64,000 bases of DNA from IMG/VR virus record IMGVR_UViG_3300031998_000007; one strand, 5' to 3'. This stretch comes from a virus (lineage: Duplodnaviria; Heunggongvirae; Uroviricota; Caudoviricetes). The notes beneath the pieces are model-generated. The model saw nothing but the letters and a program-made list of their open reading frames with translations, made no database searches and had not been told where the DNA came from. Shown one piece after another: positions 44,284-54,349 of the stretch. Position numbers and translations under genes: made by a program. The number at the start of each line of letters is the position of its first letter. The stretch's first letter is position 1.

Positions 44284-46854
44284 ATGGAAGAATTACAGGA
44301 CACGAAAATGTCGGAGCGCTCGTTCTTGAAGCAGGTCAAGAAGAAGGATGGCCCCCGGCAGAAGTTTGATCCCCTTAAAATCGAACGCTGCATCACCCAC
44401 GCACTCAATGACGCGAAGTGCACGCTCCCCCAGGAAAAAATCGAGGAAATGACCGGTGATGTGGTTGATTTGCTGTATGACTTGAAGCAGAAGTGCGTGA
44501 GCAATGAATCGGTTGCCATCGCTGTAAAGAAAGTTTTACGCGAAGTCAGCATGCCCGCCTATGATGCCTATGTCATCTTCCGCAACAACCGCGACCGCGA
44601 ACGCACCCTCCAGTCCCCCCTTATCAAGACCGTCCGCGAAATCAAGCATGCCGAGTTGCAGAGCTCCAATACCCTCCGCGACAACGCGAACGAGGCTGGC
44701 GGCACCCCGGCCGGCATGTTCGGCAAGATCGCCGGCGAAACCAACAAGATGTATAACCTGCTCGACAATGTGAGCAGGAAGTATGCGGAAGAGCACACCA
44801 ACGGCTACCTCCACATCCACGACCTCAACATGTATGACCTGACCTTCAACTGCCTCTTTGCCCCGGTAGGCAAGAAGTTGAGGACAGGCTTCGATTCCGG
44901 TACCGGCTTCCAGCGTCCGGCACAGACCATCCAGAGTGCTGCCGCGCTTACCGCCGTGATTCTCCAGTTGCAGTCCAACCAGCAATACGGCGGCATCGCC
45001 TGCGACAACTTCGATTTCGAGCTCGCCCCGTTCGTGGACCGTTCCTTCCGCAGGAACCTTGCCATCGAACTGAATGCGATGGCCGAATATCGGGAAGAGG
45101 ATGAGAACCTCGCCGAATATCGCACGCTCCCCGAAGAGTCCGACGACATCGAGAAGACTGTCAAGCGTATCGCGAAGGTGCTCGGCAAGGCCAATGTGTC
45201 CATGAACCAGCCGAGGAAGAAGCTCTATTGCAGTTTCCCGAAGAAGTGCGTCGACCGCGCATGGCTCTACACCGATGCCGATACGCATCAGGCAATGGAG
45301 GCCCTTGTCCACAACTTGAACTCCTTGCAGTCTCGCTCTGGAAACCAAGTTCCGTTCTCGTCGTTGAACTTTGGCCTTGATACTTCCAACTGCGGACGAA
45401 TGGTCAGCAAGAACCTCATGCGTGCCCAGTATGAGGGCATGGGCGACGGCCTGACCGCCATCTTCCCGATCCTCATCTTCAAGCTCATGAAGGGTTATAC
45501 CAAGAACCCGACCGACCCGAACTACGACCTTTACGAACAGGCCGTCGAATGTCTGGCCCGCCGTTTCTACCCGAACTTCGTGTCGGTGGACAGCACCTTC
45601 AACAAGCCCTATGTGAAGTACCGGACCAAGGAAATCGAACTCGCCGATGGGTTGCGCAACATCAAGCTCCGCGGAAAGGATGAGGGTTTCGCTGAATACC
45701 ACGGGATCATCGAACGCTCCGAATGCCCGGAATATGAATACGAGGTGGAGCCGGGCGAATACTGGGAAATCGTCGAATACGATGAAAAGAAGCTCTCCCT
45801 TCGCAAGCTGATCGAGAACACCACCATTGCGACGATGGGATGCCGCACCCGTGTCATCGGCAATGTCAACGGCCCGGAACAGACTACCGGCCGTGGCAAC
45901 TTTGCCTTCCATACGATGAACCTCCCGCGCCTTGCCATCGAATCCCATATCGAGAAGGACAGTACCGACGAACGCATCGCACGCTTCTACGAGAAGCTCG
46001 ACGCATTGCTCGACGATGCCAAGGAAAGCCTTGTTGAACGCTTTAACCTCGTGTGCCAGAAGACCTACGAGCGCTATCCGTTCACGATGCAGGAAGGTTT
46101 GTACCTCACTTCCGATGACAAGAAGCATGAACTGTCCGATACCATCGCCGAGGTGATGAAGCAGTCCACGCTCTCCATCGGCTATATCGGCATCGCCGAG
46201 ACGATCAACCTCCTTACCGGCAAGATTTACGGTGTCGATCATGAGGTGGATGGACTTGCGGTGGCCATCGTGAAGCACATCCGTGACTTCTGCGACGCTA
46301 CCCAGAAGAAGACCCACATGAACTGGTCCTGCTTCGCCACCCCGGCAGAAGCGGTCGCGGGCCGGTTCGCCACCATCGACGCCAACAAGTTCGCCGACAA
46401 CAAGAAACTTGCCGATGTGAACCTTGAACGCATCTTCGGAAAGGGCTACTACACCAATTCCCACATGATGGACTTCTCTCTCGATGTCTCCCTCGACGAG
46501 AAGATCAAGGTGGAAGCCCCGTTCCATGCCCTCACCAATGCCGGGCATATATTCTACTACAAGTTGAACGGCGACTTGACGAAGAACATCCCGGCAGTGA
46601 AGGCTGCCATCGACGCCATGTATGACGGCAACCTTGGGTACTTCACCGTCACGATGGATTCGGACGACTGTCTCAAGTGCGGCTACCATGGCATCATCGA
46701 CAATGTATGCCCGAAGTGCGGCTGCAAGGATGAACGCTATTTCGTCCGTGTCAGGCGAATTACCGGATATTTAACCGGTTCACCGCGGAAGAGTATTCTG
46801 GATGCTTGGTGCGATGGAAAGAAGAAGGAGCTCATCGATCGGCACAATATCTAG
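44284..46854 (+). CDS. nrdD: anaerobic ribonucleoside-triphosphate reductase (class III RNR)
   Basis: C-terminal zinc ribbon CLKCGYHGIIDNVCPKCGC and glycyl-radical motif VRVRRITGYLTG; N-terminal ATP-cone-like region; start chosen at MEELQD with an AAGGA ribosome-binding site. Confidence 0.8.
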   Translation: MEELQDTKMSERSFLKQVKKKDGPRQKFDPLKIERCITHALNDAKCTLPQEKIEEMTGDVVDLLYDLKQKCVSNESVAIAVKKVLREVSMPAYDAYVIFRNNRDRERTLQSPLIKTVREIKHAELQSSNTLRDNANEAGGTPAGMFGKIAGETNKMYNLLDNVSRKYAEEHTNGYLHIHDLNMYDLTFNCLFAPVGKKLRTGFDSGTGFQRPAQTIQSAAALTAVILQLQSNQQYGGIACDNFDFELAPFVDRSFRRNLAIELNAMAEYREEDENLAEYRTLPEESDDIEKTVKRIAKVLGKANVSMNQPRKKLYCSFPKKCVDRAWLYTDADTHQAMEALVHNLNSLQSRSGNQVPFSSLNFGLDTSNCGRMVSKNLMRAQYEGMGDGLTAIFPILIFKLMKGYTKNPTDPNYDLYEQAVECLARRFYPNFVSVDSTFNKPYVKYRTKEIELADGLRNIKLRGKDEGFAEYHGIIERSECPEYEYEVEPGEYWEIVEYDEKKLSLRKLIENTTIATMGCRTRVIGNVNGPEQTTGRGNFAFHTMNLPRLAIESHIEKDSTDERIARFYEKLDALLDDAKESLVERFNLVCQKTYERYPFTMQEGLYLTSDDKKHELSDTIAEVMKQSTLSIGYIGIAETINLLTGKIYGVDHEVDGLAVAIVKHIRDFCDATQKKTHMNWSCFATPAEAVAGRFATIDANKFADNKKLADVNLERIFGKGYYTNSHMMDFSLDVSLDEKIKVEAPFHALTNAGHIFYYKLNGDLTKNIPAVKAAIDAMYDGNLGYFTVTMDSDDCLKCGYHGIIDNVCPKCGCKDERYFVRVRRITGYLTGSPRKSILDAWCDGKKKELIDRHNI

Positions 46855-46874
46855 CGTATTTTTACTTAAAATAA

Positions 46875-46903
46875 GTGCAGCCGTCGAACGGCTGCACTTT
46901 TTG
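46875..46903 (+). terminator. intrinsic terminator after nrdD
   Basis: gtgcagccg-tcgaa-cggctgcac followed by TTTTTG. Confidence 0.65.
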
Positions 46904-46920
46904 TTTGGTTTCTAAACTGT

Positions 46921-46935
46921 ATTTTGCTATATTTC
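46921..46935 (+). promoter_or_regulatory. extended -10 promoter motif ATTTTGCTATATTTC
   Basis: Upstream of the gene at 46968. Confidence 0.5.
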
Positions 46936-46967
46936 CATGAGAAGATAATTGATTTTCGGGGATACCT

Positions 46968-48878
46968 ATGGAGCTCAATTTCATTTGTAAAATTTGTAAT
47001 AAGCCGTTTGGCAAAACCGGGTTGACTAATCACATCCAGCGCACCCATAAAATGTCATATAAGGAGTATTATGACACTTTCATTGATGGAAGCGAGCACC
47101 TGTGTCCCTATTGCGGCAAAGAGTGTGGGTTTGTTAGCCATTATGGTTATTACGAAACTTGTTGTGATCCCACATGTGTCAGAAAGGCGCAGCACCGGAC
47201 AATGTATGCTCGATATGGTAAGGCCTGTCGCCACCCAGACAAAATTAAGGTAAAACCAATTATTGACTATCCATACCATTGCGAAATATGTGGTCAAGGC
47301 ACAAAGAATTTGCCGATGCTGAATAGGCATCTGAAAAAATATCACCCTGATGTAGATATTGAAAACTACTATAATACATATCTGGGAGTTAAACCACAAG
47401 TATGTGAGGTATGCGGTGGCCGAGCAAAGTGGTTGGGAACGCATTACCATAATGTTTGCGGATGCCCGGAGTGTACTAGCGTATTGCGTGGCAAGAATAA
47501 TGCAATGAATAACCCGGTCTACCGCAAAAAAGCGAGGGATGCGCTAATTGCATTGCCGGACGAAAAAAAGCGGGCAATTCGCGAAAAGGTGGAGCAAACT
47601 TGCTTGGCACGCTTTGGGTATCGGCATAATTGGAGTTCCCCCGAACTGCGTGAGGCTGGCCAGTACGCCACATGCAAGGCACTATATGGCGATCGGAATT
47701 ACCATAATGTTGCGCAAATGCAGAATACTTGCACAGAACGGTTTGGCGTTAGGTCGTTTTCGCAGACTGTTTCGTTTCAATCAAAAATGTGGCATAAATT
47801 CAAGGTGGGTGAAATTACATTTGACTCGTCGTATGAGTATGCACTATATAATTTCTTGAATGCCGCTAAATTGCCATTTATTTATCATCCGAAGGAATCT
47901 ATTCGTTATGAATATGCCGGTAAAGAACACATGTTCTTTCCAGATTTCAAAATAAATGGCCATTTTTACGAGGTTAAGGGCGAGCACCTGTATAAATATA
48001 TGCAGACCCCGAACACTAAGGAGCATGCGAAACTGGAGTGCATTTTAGCAAACAATATCACACTTATAACAAAATGCGATGTATTTGCGTTTATTGATGC
48101 CGTATTTGGAAAATCGTTGAGTATTGATGCTATCGTTGAGCAATGCTTGCATACCGAGTTCCCGGGCAATGCGAAATGGCCTGCATCACATCCCATTTGG
48201 GATTGCTTTGTTCCCGGGCATACTGATCCCCGCACTGCATGGGCAGACCCGGTGTTGGTTCGTAAAGGTGTTCTTAATTTAGTAAAGACATTGAACGACG
48301 CTCTCGTTTCTGGAAAATATCCGGCATTCTGCACAAGATATATCAAATCTCTGCTGAGTGGAAATTACTTTGATAAGGTCCTGGATAGGTTTACTATTGC
48401 AAAGATCGCGCCGAAAGTAACTGCATTACACGAAACCGAACTGTTGCGAATTATTGAGGAATCCGGTGTAGATTTAAGCCCCGGTGTGTATTGCCCAATG
48501 GCTGGGTTTGGCGGCATAGTTCGCGGTGTCAGACGGTGGTTTGAAACTCGCGGTATGTGCGGAGATATTGAGGCCTATGACATCAATGACCGGTTCTGTA
48601 ATTGGTATGGGTGGACTAGGCGTGATGTTTTGGCACAGGTGGTGCACACGAACAAGGTGGTTGTTGTTTGCCCGCCGTTTGGAAAGCAGTATGAGCACTG
48701 GAAGGGAACACCGGACGAAATGTCGGATATTACATTTAAACAATGGGTTTCCTTGATTAAGGAGCATGTCATTGCACCGAATTACATATTTATTGGCCCA
48801 GAAGTCGATGACGGCAAGAACCGTTGTGGCCTATTTAAACGAAAGGTTGGAATTTCATTATATAAGGATGGTATATGA
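46968..48878 (+). CDS. multi zinc-finger protein with PD-(D/E)xK nuclease motif; candidate homing endonuclease in an AT-rich insertion
   Basis: Repeated CxxC...H/C fingers (CKICNK..HIQRTH, CPYCGK, CEICGQ, CEVCGG); FFPDFKINGHFYEVKGEH (PD...EVK). Local GC much lower than the flanks; sits between nrdD and nrdG. Confidence 0.5.
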   Translation: MELNFICKICNKPFGKTGLTNHIQRTHKMSYKEYYDTFIDGSEHLCPYCGKECGFVSHYGYYETCCDPTCVRKAQHRTMYARYGKACRHPDKIKVKPIIDYPYHCEICGQGTKNLPMLNRHLKKYHPDVDIENYYNTYLGVKPQVCEVCGGRAKWLGTHYHNVCGCPECTSVLRGKNNAMNNPVYRKKARDALIALPDEKKRAIREKVEQTCLARFGYRHNWSSPELREAGQYATCKALYGDRNYHNVAQMQNTCTERFGVRSFSQTVSFQSKMWHKFKVGEITFDSSYEYALYNFLNAAKLPFIYHPKESIRYEYAGKEHMFFPDFKINGHFYEVKGEHLYKYMQTPNTKEHAKLECILANNITLITKCDVFAFIDAVFGKSLSIDAIVEQCLHTEFPGNAKWPASHPIWDCFVPGHTDPRTAWADPVLVRKGVLNLVKTLNDALVSGKYPAFCTRYIKSLLSGNYFDKVLDRFTIAKIAPKVTALHETELLRIIEESGVDLSPGVYCPMAGFGGIVRGVRRWFETRGMCGDIEAYDINDRFCNWYGWTRRDVLAQVVHTNKVVVVCPPFGKQYEHWKGTPDEMSDITFKQWVSLIKEHVIAPNYIFIGPEVDDGKNRCGLFKRKVGISLYKDGI

Positions 48879-49408
48879 ACTTTTCAAAGATTGATCCGAT
48901 GTCCATCGTGGACGGCGAAGGCTGCCGCGTGACGCTGTTCGTGTCAGGCTGCCGGAACCATTGTCCCGGGTGCTTCAACGAGGCTACGTGGGACTTCTCA
49001 TACGGCAAGGAGTTCACCGAAATCGAGGCTAACGAGATTATCGAGGCGTGCCGGAAGCCCTATATCGCGGGCATTACAGTCCTCGGCGGTGAACCGATGG
49101 AGGAGGAGAACCAGCCGGCCGTGCTCGAACTTCTCAGGAAGTTCAGGGCGGAGCTCCCGGAGAAGAACATCTGGCTCTATACCGGCTACGTGATGGAGCG
49201 CGACCTCTATCCGGGCGGAAGGAAGCATGTGCCTGGCGTTACCGGGGAAATCCTGAAACTGGCCGACGTGCTCGTTGACGGCCCGTTCATCCAACAAAAA
49301 CGGGACCTCGCACTGAGGTTCCGTGGAAGTTCCAACCAGCGCATCCTCCGCAAGAAGGATGGCCGCTTTGTGGAAGACGCTACCAGTTCGATTCCGACTC
49401 GAGTCTGA
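48875..49408 (+). CDS. nrdG: anaerobic RNR activating protein (radical SAM)
   Basis: GCRNHCPGCFN CxxxCxxC cluster near the N-terminus, typical NrdG length. Confidence 0.8.
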   Translation: MNFSKIDPMSIVDGEGCRVTLFVSGCRNHCPGCFNEATWDFSYGKEFTEIEANEIIEACRKPYIAGITVLGGEPMEEENQPAVLELLRKFRAELPEKNIWLYTGYVMERDLYPGGRKHVPGVTGEILKLADVLVDGPFIQQKRDLALRFRGSSNQRILRKKDGRFVEDATSSIPTRV

Positions 49409-50075
49409 GACCGCCTGGAACGTTACATAACGGGGAGTTGTCCTGGACCGACACCTTGACACCTGCATCGAACGCAGCCTTCCTCTCGTCGTAGGACATC
49501 CTCCTGCGACGTTTTTTGCTGTACGCGGGTCGTCTATCCTGCGGTTTGGCTTCGAATGATAGGCCCGGTTCCAATGAAACTCCGCAAAATGCGGCATTGT
49601 ACCCATACGGGTTCACCGATGCCTCGTTTTTGATGTCGTTTACCAGGTCGCCGAGGTCTCGTTGCATCCTTTTCAGTTTCTCGAGCGTGTTCGGGGAGGC
49701 GTATTTGCCTTCGAACGATTTGATTTCAGCATACCGGTTGGCCAGGTCCTTCCAGTATTTCGGCATCATTGAATACGGGACCAGTTCCCCGGTCAAGCCA
49801 TATACGGCATCCCGGATTGCGTCGAAATCTGTCTCGTATGGGGTGACTTCCGGCTCGGCGATCTTGATTTCCTTGTCTGGCGCCGAGGAAACCTCCATGT
49901 CGAGTTCCTTGTGCCTGCGTTCCAGTCGGCCCAGCCTGGATTCGAGAAACAGCTTGGTGGTCTTTGCCGCGTCGTTGCCGGAGAGCTGGACTATGCTGTC
50001 CCGCGTCCTGGCGATTTCGACGGAATATTTTTCTTTTAACGAGCTTAAATAGGCTTCCCGGGCGTGTGTCTGCAT
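49380..50075 (-). CDS. hypothetical protein
   Basis: 231 aa; promoter variant plus GGAG ribosome-binding site upstream. Confidence 0.5.
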   Translation of the reverse strand: MQTHAREAYLSSLKEKYSVEIARTRDSIVQLSGNDAAKTTKLFLESRLGRLERRHKELDMEVSSAPDKEIKIAEPEVTPYETDFDAIRDAVYGLTGELVPYSMMPKYWKDLANRYAEIKSFEGKYASPNTLEKLKRMQRDLGDLVNDIKNEASVNPYGYNAAFCGVSLEPGLSFEAKPQDRRPAYSKKRRRRMSYDERKAAFDAGVKVSVQDNSPLCNVPGGLRLESESNW

Positions 50076-50092
50076 TTGCGTATCTCCTACAC

Positions 50093-50144
50093 AAAATATA
50101 GCAATTTCGGGCCAGTTTTCCTATCTTGAATTTTGCTATATTTC
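50093..50144. promoter_or_regulatory. divergent pair of extended -10 promoter motifs
   Basis: aaaatatagcaattt (minus) and attttgctatatttc (plus), about 25 nt apart, serving the genes at 50075(-) and 50149(+). Confidence 0.55.
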
Positions 50145-50148
50145 ACGC

Positions 50149-50427
50149 ATGCGAGCCGACAAAGTGTTATTCTATCTAGTCAAGCGTAACTCGGACGGGC
50201 TATACCTGGTGGATAGCGGCACGTGCACGTTCGGTAAGTTTTACATGGGGCATACCGCGTCTTCGCGGACACGGGGCGACGCAGACCTTCTCGTCGACCG
50301 TATCATGAAGCGCAGGGGGATGAACCGTGACGAACTTTCCGTGGTTGCGGTCGGGGAGCTAGACACTTCAACAAAAGAGGACAATCAATGTCTATCCCAC
50401 TCATCTGTATCATTGCCGGAGCAGTAA
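50149..50427 (+). CDS. hypothetical protein
   Basis: 92 aa; leaderless arrangement. Confidence 0.4.
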   Translation: MRADKVLFYLVKRNSDGLYLVDSGTCTFGKFYMGHTASSRTRGDADLLVDRIMKRRGMNRDELSVVAVGELDTSTKEDNQCLSHSSVSLPEQ

Positions 50428-52142
50428 TCCTGGCAATCATTTTCATGGTCGGCTACGTCAAGGCACCGCCTGACAAGGCATTTATCATTTCCGGTTGGCG
50501 TGAAAAACCGAAGGTCCTCGTGGGCCGCGCCGGCTTCCGCATCCCGTTCATCGAACGACTTGACATCGTTGACTTGAAGATCATGACCATCCTCATCAAC
50601 AAGACCGATCCGGTCCCGACCATCGACTGCATGTTCGTCAAGGTTGATGCGGTTGCTACGGCAAAGGTTGATGCGACCGCGGAACATATTGCAATCGCCG
50701 CACAGAACTTCCTTAACATGGAATCCGGCGATACGAGCAAGATTAGTGACAAGTCCGAATTTTCGTCCAGGAAGGTCAATAGCAGCATCGCGAGCATGAT
50801 TGACAATATTTTGGATGGTTCGCTGCGTGAAGTTATCGGCCAGATCAAGATTGAGGACCTCGTCAGCAAGCGCGATGAAATCACCCGCCTCGTGAACGCA
50901 AGTGCAACCAAGGACCTCCAAAAGCTCGGCATCCGTCTCGATACCTTCAACATCCAGAAGTTCGACGACGAATACATCGACGGCGAAGGTGTCAAGCACA
51001 GCATGATCAAGGAACTCGGTACGGAACGCGCCACGGCCATTCTTAAGACAGCCGCCAACGCAAGGGCAGCTGCGGATGCGGACATCCGTATCGCAAAGGC
51101 CGAAGCCGACAAGCGTGCAAACGATGTCGAAGTCGAAAACGGTCTTGCCATTGCCAAGCGCCAGAACGACCTCGAAGTCAAGAAGCACGAACTCGCCCAG
51201 ATTGAACAGACTAAGAAGGCCGATGCAGACACCGCTTACGAAATCAAGCTGAAACAGCAGCAGAAGCTCATCAACATCGCCGACGCGGAAGCGAACATCG
51301 CGGCGGAAGAAAAGAATATCGAGCTCAGCGAACGCAAGGTGTCTGTCCGCGAACGTGAACTCCAGGCCGAAATCGAAAAGAAGGCCGAAGCCAACTACAA
51401 GGCACAGATCCACGATTCCGACGCTGCCTACTATAAGGCACAGAAGGACGCCGATGCCGAACTTTACAAGGCAAAGACGGACGCCGAAGCCGACCTTTAT
51501 CGCCGCTCCAAGGATGCAGACGCAGGCCTCGTCCAGCGCCAGAAGTCCGCTGAAGGTGACCTCTACGACCAGGAACAGAAGGCAAAGGGTATCACCGCAA
51601 TCGCAGACGCAAACCTCCACAAGGCAACCAACGAAGCCAACGCAATCAAGGCAACCGGTCTCGCCGAAGCTGACGCAATCAAGGCCAAGGGTCTTGCCGA
51701 AGCCGAAGCAATCGACAAGAAGGCCGACGCCATGAACAAGTATGGCGAAGCCCCGATTACCGAAATGCGCATCAAGGCCACGGAAAAGTTCTTCGAACAG
51801 CTCCCGGCAATGACCGCTGCAGCCGCAAAGCCGATGGAAAAGATTGGCAACATCACCATCTACGACGGCGGTCCGGCAAAGCTCACCGAAAGCGTCACCA
51901 AGACCATCAAGCAGGTCTCGGACGGCCTTACGGATTCGCTCGGGTTCAGCCTTCCCAATGCGGTCAACAGCCTTCTCGGCGGTGCTCTTGCCGGCAAGAT
52001 GATTGGCAAGGGCATGCAGGAGGCCCAGCAGGACCAGGCCCAGCAGGCGCTCTCCCAGGAAAACGTCAAGCAGCTCGCCGGCGCCGTGCTCGATGCAGTC
52101 CAGCAGCCCAGGCAAGACGCTACGCCCAAGAACCCCTGGTAA
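50388..52142 (+). CDS. flotillin-like SPFH/band-7 domain membrane protein
   Basis: N-terminal TM LICIIAGAVILAIIFMVGY followed by KAPPDKAFIISGWREKPKVLVGRAGFRIPFIERLDIVDL (SPFH, YqiK-like) and a long EA-repeat coiled coil. Confidence 0.7.
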   Translation: MSIPLICIIAGAVILAIIFMVGYVKAPPDKAFIISGWREKPKVLVGRAGFRIPFIERLDIVDLKIMTILINKTDPVPTIDCMFVKVDAVATAKVDATAEHIAIAAQNFLNMESGDTSKISDKSEFSSRKVNSSIASMIDNILDGSLREVIGQIKIEDLVSKRDEITRLVNASATKDLQKLGIRLDTFNIQKFDDEYIDGEGVKHSMIKELGTERATAILKTAANARAAADADIRIAKAEADKRANDVEVENGLAIAKRQNDLEVKKHELAQIEQTKKADADTAYEIKLKQQQKLINIADAEANIAAEEKNIELSERKVSVRERELQAEIEKKAEANYKAQIHDSDAAYYKAQKDADAELYKAKTDAEADLYRRSKDADAGLVQRQKSAEGDLYDQEQKAKGITAIADANLHKATNEANAIKATGLAEADAIKAKGLAEAEAIDKKADAMNKYGEAPITEMRIKATEKFFEQLPAMTAAAAKPMEKIGNITIYDGGPAKLTESVTKTIKQVSDGLTDSLGFSLPNAVNSLLGGALAGKMIGKGMQEAQQDQAQQALSQENVKQLAGAVLDAVQQPRQDATPKNPW

Positions 52143-52159
52143 CAACTAACCAAGAAACC

Positions 52160-52196
52160 CGGCCGCGGGGCAATTCCGTCCCGCGGCTTTCTTTTG
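52160..52196 (+). terminator. intrinsic terminator
   Basis: gccgcggg-loop-cccgcggc followed by TTTCTTTTGG. Confidence 0.6.
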
Positions 52197-52200
52197 GAAT

Positions 52201-53010
52201 TTGAAAATGTCCTATTCGCTGTTTTTCGGTGACTGTCTGGAGGAGATGAAGAAGCTCGCCCCCAAGTCGGTCGATATGATCCTATGTGACCTCCCCTACG
52301 GCGTCACGCACAACCCGCACGACAAGCGTATTGCCTTCGCGCCCCTATGGGAACAGTATGAACGCGTCATCAAGGACGACGGGGCAATCGTCCTGTTCGC
52401 CCAGGGCCTGTTCTACGTTGACCTGGTGCAGTCCAAGCGCAAGCTGTTCCGCTACGACCTGGTCTGGAACAAGAAACTCGTCACCGGGTTCCTGAACGCC
52501 AAGCGCATGCCTCTCCGCTCCCACGAGCAGCTCGCCGTGTTCTACAAGACCATGCCGAAGTTCCACCCGCAGTTCCATGAAGGGAAGCCCCTCCACGGCC
52601 GCGGCAAGTCCTACATGTCTAAGGACATGGTGAACAACAACTACGGCAAGTTCAAGGCCACGGACGACGTCCGCAAGGGTAGCACCCAGAAATACCCGGT
52701 GTCCATCATCGACATCCCGAAACCGCACCCGTCCAAGTCCGAACACCGCACGGAAAAGCCCGTGGAACTTCTTTCCTGGCTTATCCGTTCCTACACGGAA
52801 CCGGGCGATGTCGTCCTTGACAACTGCATGGGATGCGGCAGTACAGGCCTTGCCGCGCTGAAGGAAGGACGCACGTTCATCGGCATGGAAATCGACAAGG
52901 AATACTTCGAGATTGCCTGGACACGCATTACCAAGCTGGCTGCCGACATGAACAAGGGCGACTTCCACGATGGCATCAAGACTGTCTTCAAGGAGGAAGC
53001 CGATGAGTAG
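52201..53010 (+). CDS. beta-class DNA methyltransferase (N6-adenine or N4-cytosine)
   Basis: VDMILCDLPYG (motif IV D-L-P-Y) near the N-terminus and C-terminal VVLDNCMGCGSTGLAA (motif I): circular permutation typical of the beta group. Confidence 0.75.
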   Translation: MKMSYSLFFGDCLEEMKKLAPKSVDMILCDLPYGVTHNPHDKRIAFAPLWEQYERVIKDDGAIVLFAQGLFYVDLVQSKRKLFRYDLVWNKKLVTGFLNAKRMPLRSHEQLAVFYKTMPKFHPQFHEGKPLHGRGKSYMSKDMVNNNYGKFKATDDVRKGSTQKYPVSIIDIPKPHPSKSEHRTEKPVELLSWLIRSYTEPGDVVLDNCMGCGSTGLAALKEGRTFIGMEIDKEYFEIAWTRITKLAADMNKGDFHDGIKTVFKEEADE

Positions 53011-54289
53011 TAAAGCTGACATGGAACTGATGGAACCGAATAATTCCGTCGGGTTTCCCGTTCGTGCAGAAAAGTTTGCGAATGAATGGGTTGCCAGGTT
53101 CCCATTCAGGGAGCGGTTCGGCATCCGCATGCAGGGATTAGACATCGACACCAAGGTGTTTGACCGCCGGGTACCCATTCTCTACCGCGAGCGCAAGCAG
53201 GAAGTCATGGATGCGCTCGGGTTCACCATGATTAGCCACATGCAGAAAGATACCTACGATTTTTGGAGCACGAGCTACCCGCAAGTGGATGTGGTCGAGG
53301 ACATGGTCAAGAATGCGTTTTCCAGGACGGATGGCTACCCGGACCGGCTCACGTCGGCAATCAGGACGCTCAATCCCGATTGGGAATATGGCCAGCCGAC
53401 CAATGCGGTAGGCGTCCTGTTTACCGGAGGCCTGGACAGCACGGCGCTAGTCCTCAAGAACCTGGACGAGGGAAAGGTCGTCTTACCGATTTACAACTGG
53501 ATTAACTCCGAGTTTAAAGTTGCCCCGATACTCGCATATACGATGCTTGCCGCAATATCGAAGACCTACAAGGGCCCGGGCATCCTGATGCCTATGTATC
53601 GTGGCATCAATTTCCCTGCCGGGACGTGTAACTATGGCGGCAAGTTCGAGGGTTTCATCCAGCAGCCGGTCAATACGTTCAGCCTTGCCTACATCAACCC
53701 GCAAATCACGTCCCTGCTGGACGAGGTGCAGATGGGAATTGTCAAGGGGGACCAGTCCGAGACGTTCATCGAGGACATGCGGAAACTTTATGACGGCACG
53801 TTTGCGCTCAGTCACCTGTACGGAAACCATGCACCGGAGTTCGAGAGCCAGGTTGCCCGCAAGCCGTCCTATACGTTCCCGCTCATCAAGTGGGACAAGG
53901 CCATGGTTACCGAGTTCGTGGAGAAGCACGGCTTGGGCGGTCTCCCGCTCAGCTGCGAAGCGCCCTCGATTGCCTGCACGGTGTATGCCAAGTTCACCGA
54001 TGAGGAACGTGCGATAATCTACGGGCCCAGCGGGGACATGGCGATCAAGAGCGTCTTTGCCGGTCCTCGCCAGTGGTTGCTCCATGTGGTAATTTGCGAC
54101 TGCGATGATTGCCATTCCTGCGGGAGAAGCCGCAATGAGGGCTATAATACGCGTGCAGTCTCGTTGCAATTCGGCATGGAAACCCTGGGCGGGGACGATA
54201 TTGACCCGGCGTTCATTGACTACGGGGACATAATTAGGCCTGGCGTCACAATACGCAACGATGTCATGGTCCCGCACCTGTACAAATAA
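53003..54289 (+). CDS. PP-loop ATPase domain protein (QueC/ExsB-like) with extra N-terminal domain and C-terminal Cys cluster
   Basis: VGVLFTGGLDSTALV (SGGxDS PP-loop), C-terminal CDCDDCHSCGRS; GGAGGAAG ribosome-binding site before the ATG at 53003. Confidence 0.55.
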   Translation: MSSKADMELMEPNNSVGFPVRAEKFANEWVARFPFRERFGIRMQGLDIDTKVFDRRVPILYRERKQEVMDALGFTMISHMQKDTYDFWSTSYPQVDVVEDMVKNAFSRTDGYPDRLTSAIRTLNPDWEYGQPTNAVGVLFTGGLDSTALVLKNLDEGKVVLPIYNWINSEFKVAPILAYTMLAAISKTYKGPGILMPMYRGINFPAGTCNYGGKFEGFIQQPVNTFSLAYINPQITSLLDEVQMGIVKGDQSETFIEDMRKLYDGTFALSHLYGNHAPEFESQVARKPSYTFPLIKWDKAMVTEFVEKHGLGGLPLSCEAPSIACTVYAKFTDEERAIIYGPSGDMAIKSVFAGPRQWLLHVVICDCDDCHSCGRSRNEGYNTRAVSLQFGMETLGGDDIDPAFIDYGDIIRPGVTIRNDVMVPHLYK

Positions 54290-54295
54290 AACAAA

Positions 54296-54323
54296 GACGC
54301 CGCAGGAAACTGCGGCGTTTTTC
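54296..54323 (+). terminator. intrinsic terminator
   Basis: acgccgcag-gaaa-ctgcggcgt followed by TTTTT. Confidence 0.65.
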
Positions 54324-54349
54324 GTTCCGGCACCCGGAATGACTTTTGG

